DNA from: a virus
Length of the DNA: 64,000 nucleotides
IMG/VR virus record: IMGVR_UViG_3300047157_000162
Location: 1 to 64,000 of that record
Direction: 5' to 3' (one strand)
The notes below the pieces were generated by a model, which was given only the letters and a program-made list of their open reading frames with translations, ran no database searches and had not been told where the DNA came from. Each line of letters starts with the position of its first letter. Position 1 is the first letter of the stretch. Made by a program: the position numbers and the translations under genes. Below, one piece after another: positions 1 to 11,403 of the stretch.

Positions 1-540
1 TTATAATAGTATTAATGTTTGAGTATTTGCAGAATTATTTGGTGAAGACGGTACAATATCTACAGTTGCACTTATTAAAGTAAACTTAAAGTAAACGGTT
101 GTATTATGTCCTCCTGACCCAAATGTAAATGGTTTATATTGATTAGCATTAAAAGAACTAGTAATTGTGGGTGTAACATAACCGGTAGACCTTGTCACTC
201 CTCCGTATTGTACATCAACTCCACTACCTCCCGATTGAGATACGTACTCCCAAGTGTATGAGATATTTTGAGAACTAGTACTTTGATTACCTAAATCCAC
301 GTGTGAAGAACCTCCACTTACAGGGCTTTGAGCAACTGTTAAAGTAGTTGTCTGTGTACCTCCATAGTTTCTAAAATTCAAAAGATTATTATCTGTACCG
401 TCTGAATTAGGGTTATAGTTCGTATCAAAACTACTTGAAGTAGCATCATCAAAGCAATCTTGCAAAGAGTCTCCATCGCCCAATCCTAGTTCTTGCAAAA
501 CATCATCAAGCGTAAACGTGTCTGTATTTGGTACTGCCAT
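1..540 (-). CDS. putative virion/fibre-associated structural protein (179 aa)
   Basis: ORF rich in S/T/G/N beta-strands, coupled directly downstream of the long fibre gene; stop codon at window positions 1-3. Confidence 0.55.
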   Translation of the reverse strand: MAVPNTDTFTLDDVLQELGLGDGDSLQDCFDDATSSSFDTNYNPNSDGTDNNLLNFRNYGGTQTTTLTVAQSPVSGGSSHVDLGNQSTSSQNISYTWEYVSQSGGSGVDVQYGGVTRSTGYVTPTITSSFNANQYKPFTFGSGGHNTTVYFKFTLISATVDIVPSSPNNSANTQTLILL

Positions 541-3500
541 TATTTTTCTAGTTTTTCTAATCTTGCTTCTAACTCAGCAATTTTAGCAATTAGTAAATCT
601 ATATAAGCTACAGACTTAAATCCTTGACTGTCTTCTCTTACAAACTCAGGGTTAGTCTTTTCTAACTCTTGAGCTATAACACCATATCTTTTCTGTCCTT
701 TTTCTGTTTTTAACTCAAAAGTTTTCCAATCTGCTTTAACTCTATTATCACATACTTTTTCAATATTTTCTTTTAGTCTTTCATCAGAAGATAATATGAA
801 GTTTGTAGCTGTTACAGTGGAAGTAAAAGTTGTTGCTCCGTTATTTGCAATACGCATTTTTTCAGAAGTAGTGTATGGAGCACTAGGTAGAGACGTGCTA
901 AAAATAAAGTCGTTACTTGTATCTACAGTTATTTTGTTACCATAACCTGGTGCTGCACTGCCCGCAAAAATAATACCATCAGTTCTATTTACACCTAATG
1001 TACCATTTACTTCAAGTTTATAATCAGGACTCGTCGTCCCAATCCCGACGTTTTTACTTGTGTCTATAGTAACTGCAGTTGCATTGTTTTGAACAAGTAC
1101 GACTTGAGTATTTGAATCAGAACCTATCCTTGTAGTATTACCTTCTTGCTGGAATATACCAGCACCAGCATCTGTATCGTTTATATATATATAAGGGTTT
1201 GATGCGTTTGCAACTGTTACATTGGTTCCAGTTACAGCAACGCTCCCTGCAACTTCTAACTTTTGGCTAGGACTAGTAGTTCCAATCCCTACTTTACCGT
1301 CGGAAAGAATAGCTATTCTAGATATGCTATTAGTTAAAAGACTAAAAGGCTGAGCATCAGACGTTCCTATATTAAACTTCCCCGCTGTTGAAATTATATT
1401 ATTAAGACCACTACCCGTTGATGGCGCTACGAAATTAGTTGTTATATTCTGTGACCCACTTATTGCTTTTATAACGTCACCATAGTTTCCTTTAACATCT
1501 AACTTAGCACCTGGGTCATCATTTCCGATAGCAATATTACCTGCATGGTCTATTCTTAAACCTTCATTATAAGTACCTGAGTTAGCACTATAAAGCACCA
1601 TATCAAAACTGTTACTTGAGCCTTGACGTTCAGTTGCAATCTTCCCTAAATCCCAGTCGTATTGAGTATTTCTAAATGATATACCTGTTTTGGAATCAGC
1701 AACTGTTCCTCTTTGACTTAATTGTAAGTATGGATGAAAAGTTGTGATTTGTGGAGTTACTCTTGTAATATCAACAGCAGCTACAGGACTCGTCGTCCCG
1801 ATCCCAACGTTGCCGTCAGAAGCAATACGCATTTTTTCTGAGCCGCCTATAATAAATCCTAAAGGGTTTGCTGACGTTTGTGTCCCAATTTCCATTGAGT
1901 TTGAGGCTACATATATATTACCGTAAGCTGTTCCATTAGCGCCAAATGAAAGATTAGAAGAACTAGTACCGTTTATACTAAGTGTTTTTCTTGTTGTACT
2001 TGTGAAGAAGGGACTATCAGTTCCTATACCTACGTTACCTACATTGTTGACGGTCATAGCCGTTACGGGAGCATTACCATTGGTAGTCTGAAACTTAAGT
2101 CCTGATGACCTTAGTGCTGCTATTGAGTAATCGGCAGTACGGTACGCAATGACCTTTGGTGCAGAATCATTACTACTTAAACTACCATTAGATAAAATAA
2201 GTTCTGCGGTAGTTGTGGTATTCCCGGTTTGTCCGGATGCTTTTACAAGAATTGAAGGGCTGGTAGTGGCTGATTCAATGTTTAGCAGCTCTGTTGGACT
2301 AGTAGTTCCGATACCTACGTTACCACTGCTAGAACCAGTTCCACCTCTAACAGTTAAACCTACATCTCCAGCAGGCGCTATATTAATTCTATTTAAATCA
2401 GTTGAGCTTTGGTATCCAGTTGCTATTGTAAGTGTGTTTTGAGCTGCTTGATCAAATGTTATACTAGCATTCTGAGTAAGCCCATCATTATGTTCAAGTA
2501 ATATTTGAGCAGCACTACTACCTGTGCTTGGGGATTTAATTAATAATTGAGGTGCTGTATCAGAAGATACAACTAATTTTGCTGCTGTAGGACTAGTCGT
2601 ACCGATACCTATGTTACCCGCTTGAGTCATGGTAAAATTAGTTTGTGAACTACCACCTGGAGAAGATTTTAAATTGAATGATCCGGCATTTTGAGTTATT
2701 TGTATTTCACTCGTTAAATCATTGTTTTGACCAAACCATATATAATCACTACCTGACACGTCTCCATTAGAAGCATCTATATATAATCTAGAAACACCAT
2801 TACCAGTGTTACCAATACTCACGTCAGTTTGACTATTTGAGTCACTTACAACACTTAATTTTTGTAGAGGACTAGGCGTCCCGATCCCGACGTTGCCGTT
2901 AGCAAGAATACGCATTTTTTCTGTACCCTGTGCTGAATTATAATGGTTTCTCAAGACCATATCTCCTAAGCCTCCATTTGTTCTTAATGCTCCCCAAGAC
3001 CATCCATAATTAACGCTATCGCTTGTAGCAAATGTCATTCCCACAAACCCTGTATTATCTGTTGCATTTAACGCTGTTAAACTTAAATGAGGACTTGTAA
3101 ACGCAGTAGTAGTACCTGCTGTCATATTTTGCGCAACATCTAATTTGCCATCAGGACTAGTCGTTCCGATCCCGACGTTACCTCCATTAAAAAGTGTGTT
3201 TCCTGTTTCACCTTGAAAGACAGCCATTTCAACTCCGTCATTAGGCATTATTTTAAAATGACCTCCTACTGTTAGTAATCTAGTATACTTTGTATCGTCT
3301 TTTATTCTTATTTCAGATATTGAATCTGTAGATTCAAAAGTAGCTAAAATATTATCACTTGAATAAACATGCAATGGATTACTAGGCGTAGTCGTTCCAA
3401 TACCTACGTTGCCCGCGCTAGTGATACGCATTTTTTCTACACCACTTGTTAAAAATCTATGATACCCGCCAGTGTTATAGCCCATGTAACCATAAGTACC

Positions 3501-5531
3501 ACCTCCAAAAATCTTATAATTAGCGTCAGCAGTACCAAAGAATAAATTACCTTGGTTTGAGGCCGTTTTTAGATACAAATCACCTGTCAAAGGATAACTT
3601 GCCCCAGCTGAAAGTGGTAGATAAGGACCGCCGGGTAAAGTTTTTGTTGTAGTAACAATTTCAGCCCAGTCATTCCAAGTTCCGCTGTATCTACTTCTAT
3701 AATACATACCTGTATTATTGGTAGAGTAAGGAATAGCAAACTGCGTCATATTACCATCATTATCATAGCCAGCATATTCCCAAGAAAATGGGTGGTAATA
3801 TTCACCGCCAGCAGGTCCGTTAGTTGCGTTACCTCTTAACAACGTGTGACCATTACCAGACCTAGCATTTGTGCTATCGTTCCAGTCTAGAGTTCCGCTA
3901 GTTGTTAGTGCTCCAAAACCTCCGTATATTTGCCCATTAATAAAAGCTTTTCCATCCACATGTAGTTTCTCTCCAGGACTAGTCGTACCAATCCCGACGT
4001 TGCCGCCTCCTGGATTAAGTGCCAAAATCCCATACTGTCCACTTGTAAAAGTTTGTAAGCTTCCGTAACTTCCATTATGTGAAGATCTTAAAAGCGTGTT
4101 TGTTGAGCTCCAAACATCAATATCTCCCGCAACTACTAATTTAGCTGAAGTAGGACTAGTTGTCCCAATGCCGACGTTACCTGAAGTATCAATACGCATT
4201 CGTTCTGAACCATTTGTGCCAAATCTAATAGGGTCACCAGTAGTCGTAAACATTGCTAATTGATTATTCCCAGCATTAATAATCGCTTTAGTGTTGCTTG
4301 ATTCTAAAGCTAATAATCCTCCGCTTGTAGAATTTTTATAAAGGTGTAAAACTGTTGATGATTCATCCCATCCACTACCTCTTGGATTAGTCGTTCCAAT
4401 CCCGACGTTACCATTGTTTTTAACAAACATTGCATTGCTAATAATACCGCCAGCGTTATCACCTACATCAAATCCTAAACCACCATTATCTATTCCTTGT
4501 ATTCTACCTAAAGTTCCTCCAGGGTTTGTAAATGAAATTAATGCATCTAAACCATCTGTTGAATTATGTAATTTTAGTAAATCTTCAGATGTATTTTCCA
4601 CTACTAGTCTGTAACCTGTTGGACTAGTTGTACCGATCCCTACGTTACCGCCGTTGAAATATGAGTCTCCATTTGTATCTATTTTAACCTTTTGAACTTC
4701 ATCTCCGTCATACATTCCAAGATTAGCTGCATTACCACTTTGTCCAACTTTAAAATTAAAACGCTGCTCTCCATTATCAGCTCTAAATCTAATGTGCTTA
4801 TCAATATCACCATTTCCCGTAGCTGAGTTTGTTAAGATATCTAGTCTAGCTGTAGGACTATCAGTACCTATACCGACGTTGCCTGAGGATTGTACGTTAA
4901 ACAAGTTGCCTGCAGTTCCACCAAAAGATGTTACATTAACAAGGTTTGCTGTTTGCCCATTTTTTGAAAGGATTGATAAAGGTATATGTGATGTGGCTGA
5001 AGGATTAATTTCTAAAACTCCAGTTCCATTAAACCCGTAGCTGCTATTAATTTGAAATCCGTTATCACTAATTGCTCCACCGCCTCCTGATATTACAAGT
5101 TTAGCCCCAGGAGCAGTCGTCCCGATACCGACATTGCCGTTGTTTAGTATACGTATTCTATCACTACTACCTGTTTGAAAACTTAATTGTTGAGCTGATT
5201 GATTTGCTCCAATATAACCAATAGCTGAAGTTGGATCAACCCATAAGTCTAATCGTTTATTACTAGCGGAATCTTCTTCAATTCTTATCCAAGGTGCACT
5301 ACTTCTAACTACTAATTGTTTGGCAGGACTAGTCGTCCCAATCCCTACGTTACCCGAATTACTATTATATATACTGTTACCACTAGTAACCCAGAGACCT
5401 GTTCCAGGCACCGAGTTAGCGTCAACCCAGTCTATACCTGTTGAAGTTGTTGATAATATTTGACCTTCGCTTCCTCTATTATTATTACTGTCTAATAGGT
5501 ATTTAGTTGAATATGTTTTTCCTGTACTCAT
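540..5531 (-). CDS. long tail fibre with 17 GNVGIGT(T/D)xP-type repeats, an internal knob-like domain and a C-terminal intramolecular chaperone (peptidase S74-like)
   Basis: 17 GxVGIGT repeats; LDWND...YRSRYSGTWNDW knob-like segment; SDERLKENI...YGVIAQELE...coiled-coil C-terminus. Confidence 0.9.
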   Translation of the reverse strand: MSTGKTYSTKYLLDSNNNRGSEGQILSTTSTGIDWVDANSVPGTGLWVTSGNSIYNSNSGNVGIGTTSPAKQLVVRSSAPWIRIEEDSASNKRLDLWVDPTSAIGYIGANQSAQQLSFQTGSSDRIRILNNGNVGIGTTAPGAKLVISGGGGAISDNGFQINSSYGFNGTGVLEINPSATSHIPLSILSKNGQTANLVNVTSFGGTAGNLFNVQSSGNVGIGTDSPTARLDILTNSATGNGDIDKHIRFRADNGEQRFNFKVGQSGNAANLGMYDGDEVQKVKIDTNGDSYFNGGNVGIGTTSPTGYRLVVENTSEDLLKLHNSTDGLDALISFTNPGGTLGRIQGIDNGGLGFDVGDNAGGIISNAMFVKNNGNVGIGTTNPRGSGWDESSTVLHLYKNSTSGGLLALESSNTKAIINAGNNQLAMFTTTGDPIRFGTNGSERMRIDTSGNVGIGTTSPTSAKLVVAGDIDVWSSTNTLLRSSHNGSYGSLQTFTSGQYGILALNPGGGNVGIGTTSPGEKLHVDGKAFINGQIYGGFGALTTSGTLDWNDSTNARSGNGHTLLRGNATNGPAGGEYYHPFSWEYAGYDNDGNMTQFAIPYSTNNTGMYYRSRYSGTWNDWAEIVTTTKTLPGGPYLPLSAGASYPLTGDLYLKTASNQGNLFFGTADANYKIFGGGTYGYMGYNTGGYHRFLTSGVEKMRITSAGNVGIGTTTPSNPLHVYSSDNILATFESTDSISEIRIKDDTKYTRLLTVGGHFKIMPNDGVEMAVFQGETGNTLFNGGNVGIGTTSPDGKLDVAQNMTAGTTTAFTSPHLSLTALNATDNTGFVGMTFATSDSVNYGWSWGALRTNGGLGDMVLRNHYNSAQGTEKMRILANGNVGIGTPSPLQKLSVVSDSNSQTDVSIGNTGNGVSRLYIDASNGDVSGSDYIWFGQNNDLTSEIQITQNAGSFNLKSSPGGSSQTNFTMTQAGNIGIGTTSPTAAKLVVSSDTAPQLLIKSPSTGSSAAQILLEHNDGLTQNASITFDQAAQNTLTIATGYQSSTDLNRINIAPAGDVGLTVRGGTGSSSGNVGIGTTSPTELLNIESATTSPSILVKASGQTGNTTTTAELILSNGSLSSNDSAPKVIAYRTADYSIAALRSSGLKFQTTNGNAPVTAMTVNNVGNVGIGTDSPFFTSTTRKTLSINGTSSSNLSFGANGTAYGNIYVASNSMEIGTQTSANPLGFIIGGSEKMRIASDGNVGIGTTSPVAAVDITRVTPQITTFHPYLQLSQRGTVADSKTGISFRNTQYDWDLGKIATERQGSSNSFDMVLYSANSGTYNEGLRIDHAGNIAIGNDDPGAKLDVKGNYGDVIKAISGSQNITTNFVAPSTGSGLNNIISTAGKFNIGTSDAQPFSLLTNSISRIAILSDGKVGIGTTSPSQKLEVAGSVAVTGTNVTVANASNPYIYINDTDAGAGIFQQEGNTTRIGSDSNTQVVLVQNNATAVTIDTSKNVGIGTTSPDYKLEVNGTLGVNRTDGIIFAGSAAPGYGNKITVDTSNDFIFSTSLPSAPYTTSEKMRIANNGATTFTSTVTATNFILSSDERLKENIEKVCDNRVKADWKTFELKTEKGQKRYGVIAQELEKTNPEFVREDSQGFKSVAYIDLLIAKIAELEARLEKLEK

Positions 5532-8500
5532 TTAATATGTATTTCTTACTATGTTAACCCATTCGTATGTTGAACTACCTGTTTGCATACACATATCTGC
5601 GTAGCTTGCATCTTCTTCTGTTGCCTCTATTACTGATACGTTGTCTATTGAGCCTGTGAAAGATACACCACCATCAAAATATAATCTATCATCTCCTAAC
5701 GCTTCTATGTACTCTATGTATGTTCCATTAGCACTCCTTATACTGCCTACAGAAACATTCCCACTTCCTAGCTCTATCCTGACAGAACCACTAACGTAGT
5801 TTGATATAGTGTAAACCACCTTGTATATCTTACCTGACACCAATCCCGTATTTATTTGAAAAGCTGTTGAAGTTGTTGAGGAACCGTTAAGAGAACCTCC
5901 GCTAATTGTCCACCCTGCCCCTTTATTCCAATCACTATCAGTTGCAAAATCTCCATTAGTAACTAACTCTTCTCCATCAACCTCTACATACTCTGTATCA
6001 GTTCTATATCTCATTGTACCTACTTTATCTGCTGAAGCTGTATCTGTATCATCACCTATCTTTACTCCCCCATCTACATCTAATTTAGATTTAGGACTAG
6101 TCGTGCCGATACCTACGTTACCGCTTGAAGTAACACGCATTTTTTCTGTAAAAGTTGCGTTACCACTACTACCTGAAGGAGTTGTTCCAAAAGCAACATA
6201 CTGGTCGCTTAAGGTATTTGAAGCTTTTAATTTAATAGCTCCTCCTAATCCTAAATTAACATTGTCAGCTCTTAAAACGCCTTCAATAATAGCGTCTCCT
6301 TCTAAATGCAACTTAGCACTAGGACTAGTCGTCCCGATGCCTACGTTGCCATTTGTAAGAATACGCATTCTTTCACCGTTGCTGTATAACGACAAGCCAG
6401 AGGTATTATTCCCTAAAATTTGTTGATTACCATTGCCCCATTTAATGAATTTAGCGTCTCCTAAACTTACATTACCTGCAAAAGTTGCGGTAGTGTTTGT
6501 TAATATTAATCTATCATCACCTCCTGTTCTGAAGGTCTGTGTATCAGCTGTAAATCTTATATAAGTATTCGTATCTCCACTGTGATAAATATATTCAGGA
6601 ATATAAACATCCCCTGCAAAAGTTGCGTTTTGAGATTCGTCTAATCTTAATGTTTCTGCGTTACCTGAGTATAAAATATTTTTATCTGCCGCAACAATAT
6701 ATAAATCATCACTAATTACATCAATATAATCAGAAGAAGATGTAATCATTAATTTAGTACCAACAGTTACGCTCCCTGCAAAAGTTGTATCATTACCACT
6801 AACTGTTATTGGTGCGTTACCTAAAGTTTCTGAATCTGTAACAGAACCAGCGCCCTCCCATAAAGCTACAGTTTGACCTGTACCTACACCTGACAATACA
6901 GATGAGTTATCAATTTTTTGCCATTGACCTGTGCCACTAACATCGTTGTATATAACCCAGTCACCAGTTTCCCAAGTGTCAGGTTCAGTACCTGTACCGT
7001 TAGGCTCTGCGGTACCAGCAGCGCTACATATATAATAGTAACCAGATGTTTGAGTTACACCGCTTAAATCAGGTGAACCATATCCACCACCACTTGGATC
7101 CCAAGCACCTCTATATATTGTAGCTCCAGTAATTAAACCATCTACATAGCCTTTTGTTGTTAGGGTTGATGATGCGTCTCCAGAAGAGGTTGCTGTTGTT
7201 GCAAACGCTTGATCAGCAAAAGTTCCATTTCCAGCACTATCTAAGTTTAATAGAGTTCCGTTATTGTTTATAAAATCAAAACCTCTAACAGAACTGTTTA
7301 AATTAAATGTTGCTGCTGTAGAATTTGATTCTATTAAAAATGAATTAGTTCCTGAGACTGTTAAACCACCTGATACACTAACGCCCGAACTTTGAGTTTC
7401 AAACTTTTTTAAATCGTTATAATATAAATCAACTGAACCATTTTCTGTGGCTATTATCATGCTTTCTGCACCACCCGCGCTTCTTACTCTAAACTTACTC
7501 GTGTCAATTCTTAAATCTCCTGTTCCTGAATCTTTAATATAACTATCGTTACCATCGTGGTATATTTGTAGGTCATACGATGCACCCAGCAATAATTTTC
7601 CTGTATCTGTATTTATACCTACATTTCCGTTTGCTCCTGTTACAGTAATTGTTCCTGTTGAATCTATTGTTCCTGTGTTTATTGTGCCTCCTGCTGTAGT
7701 TTCAAACTTTTTAGCTCCATAATGATTTAATTCTACTGAGCCCTTAGAGCCATCTATTTGAATATATGTAGCAATACCACCACCACCATTATCACTTTGT
7801 AAAATAATATCTCTGTCCTGAAAATTACTTCTTATGTATAAATCTCCAGTATCATTTTCTATATAAGAATTTAAGCCATTATGGAATATATTAAAATCTC
7901 CTGAACCACCAAACTGTGCTTTTACATTATCATTTAATCTTGTATTTTTATTAAATAAAGTTCTTCCTTCACTACCGTCAATTTGTATATAGTTTTCAAC
8001 CCCGCCAGATCCATTATCTGACATAAAAACTATATCGCCATCGTTTTGGTCGTTTCTAATTTTTAAATCACCTGCTTGATTAAATATCTGCGAATCAGTA
8101 CCATCGTGAAAAATTAATAAATCCTCACTTGTACCTATTTTTAACCTAAAATTATCAGGCATCAAAACACCATTAGTCCCAGTCATTGTACCACCAGCAA
8201 GCGGTAAGTAAGGACCGCCAGCGCCACCGCCACTTGATACTGTGATATTACCAGAAGCATCTGATACTAATGTACCAGCTGTATACGTGTTTAGTTTTAA
8301 TGCTCCCGCCCCACTGAGCTCCATGCGCGTATTACTACCATTTTTCCAAGAGTAGTTGCCATTGTCTCCTGTAAATAAATTTACCGTACCTAGTAGTATA
8401 CTTCCATAAGCACCATTTGTAGTATGAGAAAACTTAGCAACTCCTACGTCTGCATTACCAACAACATCTAGTTTTTTACCAGGAGAGGTCGTCCCGATAC

Positions 8501-10025
8501 CTACGTTTCCACTGTTAAAGTATGAATTCCCGTTTGATGTTATAAAAACATCAGTATTGTTGCTTCCATCAATTAAAGATAACTCTCCACTGCTATTAGC
8601 AGATAAAGATATCTTAGCCTTTGCAATGTTGTTAGAGTTTGAGAAATGAGCTATATCTACGCTTGTAGTTACGCCCGCACTAACCTCTAACTTAGCACTA
8701 GGATTAGTCGTACCAATCCCGACGTTACCTGAACTAGCAATACGCATAAATTCATTAGGTCCATTCTCAAACTTAATAAAAGCACCATTAATTTCTACAT
8801 TTCCCCATTTAGCACCATTATAGCCTATATTAAGAGTAGAAGTGTTATCAGCTAAGGGAGCTAAGTAGTTTTCAGTTCTATTAAAAAACACCCCGTGTCC
8901 TCTGTAGTTTGCGTAAGAATCATCTGTATGTACTACTTTTATAATACCATCAACCTCTAACTTCTCACTAGGACTAGTGGTTCCTATACCTACGTTACCA
9001 GAGGAATGAGCTAAGGTTAATACATTATCAGAATTTAAACCTGAAGAACTAGAGAAAACAAAATTTTGCTGAGTATTATCTCTTCCTACCGACCACTTGG
9101 TTATTCCATTGTCTTGGAATCTAAACTGACCATCTCCGGTTGAACTATTTATATCAATAGTAACTCCACTAGCATCTTCTATATCTAAATTTGCACTAGG
9201 GTTTGTAGTGCCTATACCTACGTTGCCTCCGTTAAAGTACGAATTACCTGAGGAGTTTATTAAGCTTTTTGTTGTCCCTGAAGTATCTTTTACTTGTAAA
9301 GTTGTATTTCCAGCCGCATCTGAAGTTACTTCTAACATTCTAACTCCTCCAGAATCTTCTATGTGAAAAAAGTCTTGACTAGTTAATCCAGAACCTTTTA
9401 CTGTTAACTTAGCATTAGGACTAGTCGCTCCGATACCTAAGCGTTGATTATCGTGATCTATATATAAAGGAGTCGGTACATCGTTGCTCCTCATTATAGA
9501 AGATACAGTAAGTGATCCAGCGTTACCGCCAGATACTTTACCAACTAAACCTACGTTTTGTATAAAATTAACTCCTGTTGGTTTTGTAAGGGTAAGTCCA
9601 CCCCCTGGTTTTACATATATTGTATCTCCAGTTGTAGGTGTTACACCGTCTATAGGTGATGTTGTAAAGTTTAAAAGCTCACCTGTTATTACTACGTTAC
9701 CAAAATCATTGTTATCAATGTTAGTTTGTAATAACCCTATAGCAGCCATTTTATCTTCATCAGAAGCATCAGCTTCAGCTACTTCAATAACATCTGTAGC
9801 ACCAACTGTACCTGTTTGATAAACTGGAGTACCTTTGGTTATGGTTGCGCCTGAAGTATTTTTACAAGCTATTACAACTAATTTAGAAGCTGCTGAAATT
9901 ATAGCATCTTGGTCTATCCAGTCAACTTGACTGCCAGTTGAAGCTAATATCTGTCCACTGCTTCCCGTCTGACCGTCTTTATCTTTTATACCAGCCTGTA
10001 CTTCTATATCGCTTTTAAACTTCAT
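5532..10025 (-). CDS. second long fibre/spike protein with GNVGIGT repeats and a C-terminal carbohydrate-binding-like insert
   Basis: about 7 GxxGIG repeats, repeated DLxIFHDGxDSxI units, YLPLAGGTMTG fibre motif, ELVTNGDF...IDNVSV beta-sandwich-like segment. Confidence 0.85.
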   Translation of the reverse strand: MKFKSDIEVQAGIKDKDGQTGSSGQILASTGSQVDWIDQDAIISAASKLVVIACKNTSGATITKGTPVYQTGTVGATDVIEVAEADASDEDKMAAIGLLQTNIDNNDFGNVVITGELLNFTTSPIDGVTPTTGDTIYVKPGGGLTLTKPTGVNFIQNVGLVGKVSGGNAGSLTVSSIMRSNDVPTPLYIDHDNQRLGIGATSPNAKLTVKGSGLTSQDFFHIEDSGGVRMLEVTSDAAGNTTLQVKDTSGTTKSLINSSGNSYFNGGNVGIGTTNPSANLDIEDASGVTIDINSSTGDGQFRFQDNGITKWSVGRDNTQQNFVFSSSSGLNSDNVLTLAHSSGNVGIGTTSPSEKLEVDGIIKVVHTDDSYANYRGHGVFFNRTENYLAPLADNTSTLNIGYNGAKWGNVEINGAFIKFENGPNEFMRIASSGNVGIGTTNPSAKLEVSAGVTTSVDIAHFSNSNNIAKAKISLSANSSGELSLIDGSNNTDVFITSNGNSYFNSGNVGIGTTSPGKKLDVVGNADVGVAKFSHTTNGAYGSILLGTVNLFTGDNGNYSWKNGSNTRMELSGAGALKLNTYTAGTLVSDASGNITVSSGGGAGGPYLPLAGGTMTGTNGVLMPDNFRLKIGTSEDLLIFHDGTDSQIFNQAGDLKIRNDQNDGDIVFMSDNGSGGVENYIQIDGSEGRTLFNKNTRLNDNVKAQFGGSGDFNIFHNGLNSYIENDTGDLYIRSNFQDRDIILQSDNGGGGIATYIQIDGSKGSVELNHYGAKKFETTAGGTINTGTIDSTGTITVTGANGNVGINTDTGKLLLGASYDLQIYHDGNDSYIKDSGTGDLRIDTSKFRVRSAGGAESMIIATENGSVDLYYNDLKKFETQSSGVSVSGGLTVSGTNSFLIESNSTAATFNLNSSVRGFDFINNNGTLLNLDSAGNGTFADQAFATTATSSGDASSTLTTKGYVDGLITGATIYRGAWDPSGGGYGSPDLSGVTQTSGYYYICSAAGTAEPNGTGTEPDTWETGDWVIYNDVSGTGQWQKIDNSSVLSGVGTGQTVALWEGAGSVTDSETLGNAPITVSGNDTTFAGSVTVGTKLMITSSSDYIDVISDDLYIVAADKNILYSGNAETLRLDESQNATFAGDVYIPEYIYHSGDTNTYIRFTADTQTFRTGGDDRLILTNTTATFAGNVSLGDAKFIKWGNGNQQILGNNTSGLSLYSNGERMRILTNGNVGIGTTSPSAKLHLEGDAIIEGVLRADNVNLGLGGAIKLKASNTLSDQYVAFGTTPSGSSGNATFTEKMRVTSSGNVGIGTTSPKSKLDVDGGVKIGDDTDTASADKVGTMRYRTDTEYVEVDGEELVTNGDFATDSDWNKGAGWTISGGSLNGSSTTSTAFQINTGLVSGKIYKVVYTISNYVSGSVRIELGSGNVSVGSIRSANGTYIEYIEALGDDRLYFDGGVSFTGSIDNVSVIEATEEDASYADMCMQTGSSTYEWVNIVRNTY

Positions 10026-10044
10026 GTACTAAATTTTATTATTA

Positions 10045-11401
10045 CTACCCTATCTTCTGTACCAAAACTCTAACGCTATTAGTTGGTGTTGCAGCAAATG
10101 TAATTGTTGCCTCAGAAGTAGATCCTCTTTCAACATCTGCATAAACAGTTTCATCGGTTGTTACATCGTAAAGCTGTATAATAACATCCTTAGTACCTAA
10201 GCTATGAGTTATGGTTGCCGTATCTGTTATTGTTACCGCATATGTGTTTGAAGAATTTGTATCTGTGTTTGTTACAGTTGCCGTACCTGATGCATAAGCA
10301 ACACTTATTCCAGTACCGGCATTTACATTACCAATACCTACCGTTGTAAGATCCGCAAGGTCAATGTTATTTTGTACTGTTGTCCATTCTGCTAATGTGG
10401 TTGGTGCATTATTGTTAGCTATAAGCACATCACCTACTCTTACTTGCTCTGTGAAGAATAAACCATCTGCTGTAACCGTATATGTCCATCCAGTTTTAAT
10501 AGCTGAACTCGGTGAAGAATCTAAGTCTGGTGTATTTGTTGCCGCATCATATCCACCTTGATAACTCAATGCTCCTGTTACTGCTTGATCAACATAATGC
10601 TTTGAAGCCGCGTCTGTATCAGCTGACGGTACTTGTGGTATTGTTAACTGACCTGCAACACTTGATTGCCCGGTTCCAGACACTGTTAATTCGCCTGCTA
10701 GATCTATACTATCATCTAAATTTACTGTTACCGTATCGGTTGCACCTACAACTGTGGTTATATTAGTACCTCCGGCTATATCTAAAGTATTTCCGCTATC
10801 TATTGTTTGATCAGTTCCTGAATCAGCTGTTACACTAAATGTATAAGCTTCAGCGGAAGGGCATTGTAACTGTTTTAACATTTAAAGCAGTTATGTGACC
10901 TGTTGTATTTGTTGTTACAGAATCTACAACTGTAAACGTACCTGCGTAACCAGGAGAGCCTGTAGATGTTGTATCTGTTCTAGTTGTTAAATCATGATTA
11001 ACAATAGGTACTGGCCCTGTTTGATCTGTTACATTTATATAAGTACCTCCTTGTACTTCAGTTACATCTCCAAAAGGAATTGTTGCCCAGGTATTGTCTT
11101 TAGTTAAAAACCTAGACGCTGAAGTAGAGGTGCCATCAACCGCTGATAAGTCTACAGTATACGCTCTTTTTATCGATGTTCCTCCATTAGTCAGACTTAC
11201 AAATGTACCATTTGCAAAATCAGTTTGAACTAAACTTACCCAAGTGTCTGTTGCATTGGAATAGTACTTAGCTATTGTATCGCTACTGTCAAAGTATATC
11301 TGAGCCGCTGCAGCTGTTGGTGCCGTACCGGTGATATGTAGCTTAGCGTTCTGTAATTGATTATCGCTAAGATTAATGTTATTTAAAAAAGGTATTGCCA
11401 T
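10045..11401 (-). CDS. virion structural protein, one gene split by a frameshift near 10860
   Basis: ORFs 10850..11401 and 10045..10881 overlap; removing one C in atgcccttccgctgaa gives VTMPSAEAYTF continuously; T-rich, ends in the ITHSLGTKDV...VRVLV beta-domain. Confidence 0.7.
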
Positions 11402-11403
11402 AA

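Noticed and set aside
1020-9445. Regularly recurring 29-bp repeats as a CRISPR array or DGR template/variable repeats
   Set aside because: The repeats are in-frame protein motifs with spacers of 130 bp or more. There are no cas or reverse transcriptase genes and no adenine-specific variant pair.
1744-10766. Plus-strand ORFs with LVVPIPTLP repeats, and the other antisense ORFs across the window
   Set aside because: They are shadow frames of real genes on the opposite strand.
10845-10885. Programmed frameshift producing two structural protein forms
   Set aside because: One extra C in a short run restores a single ORF; same error pattern as elsewhere.
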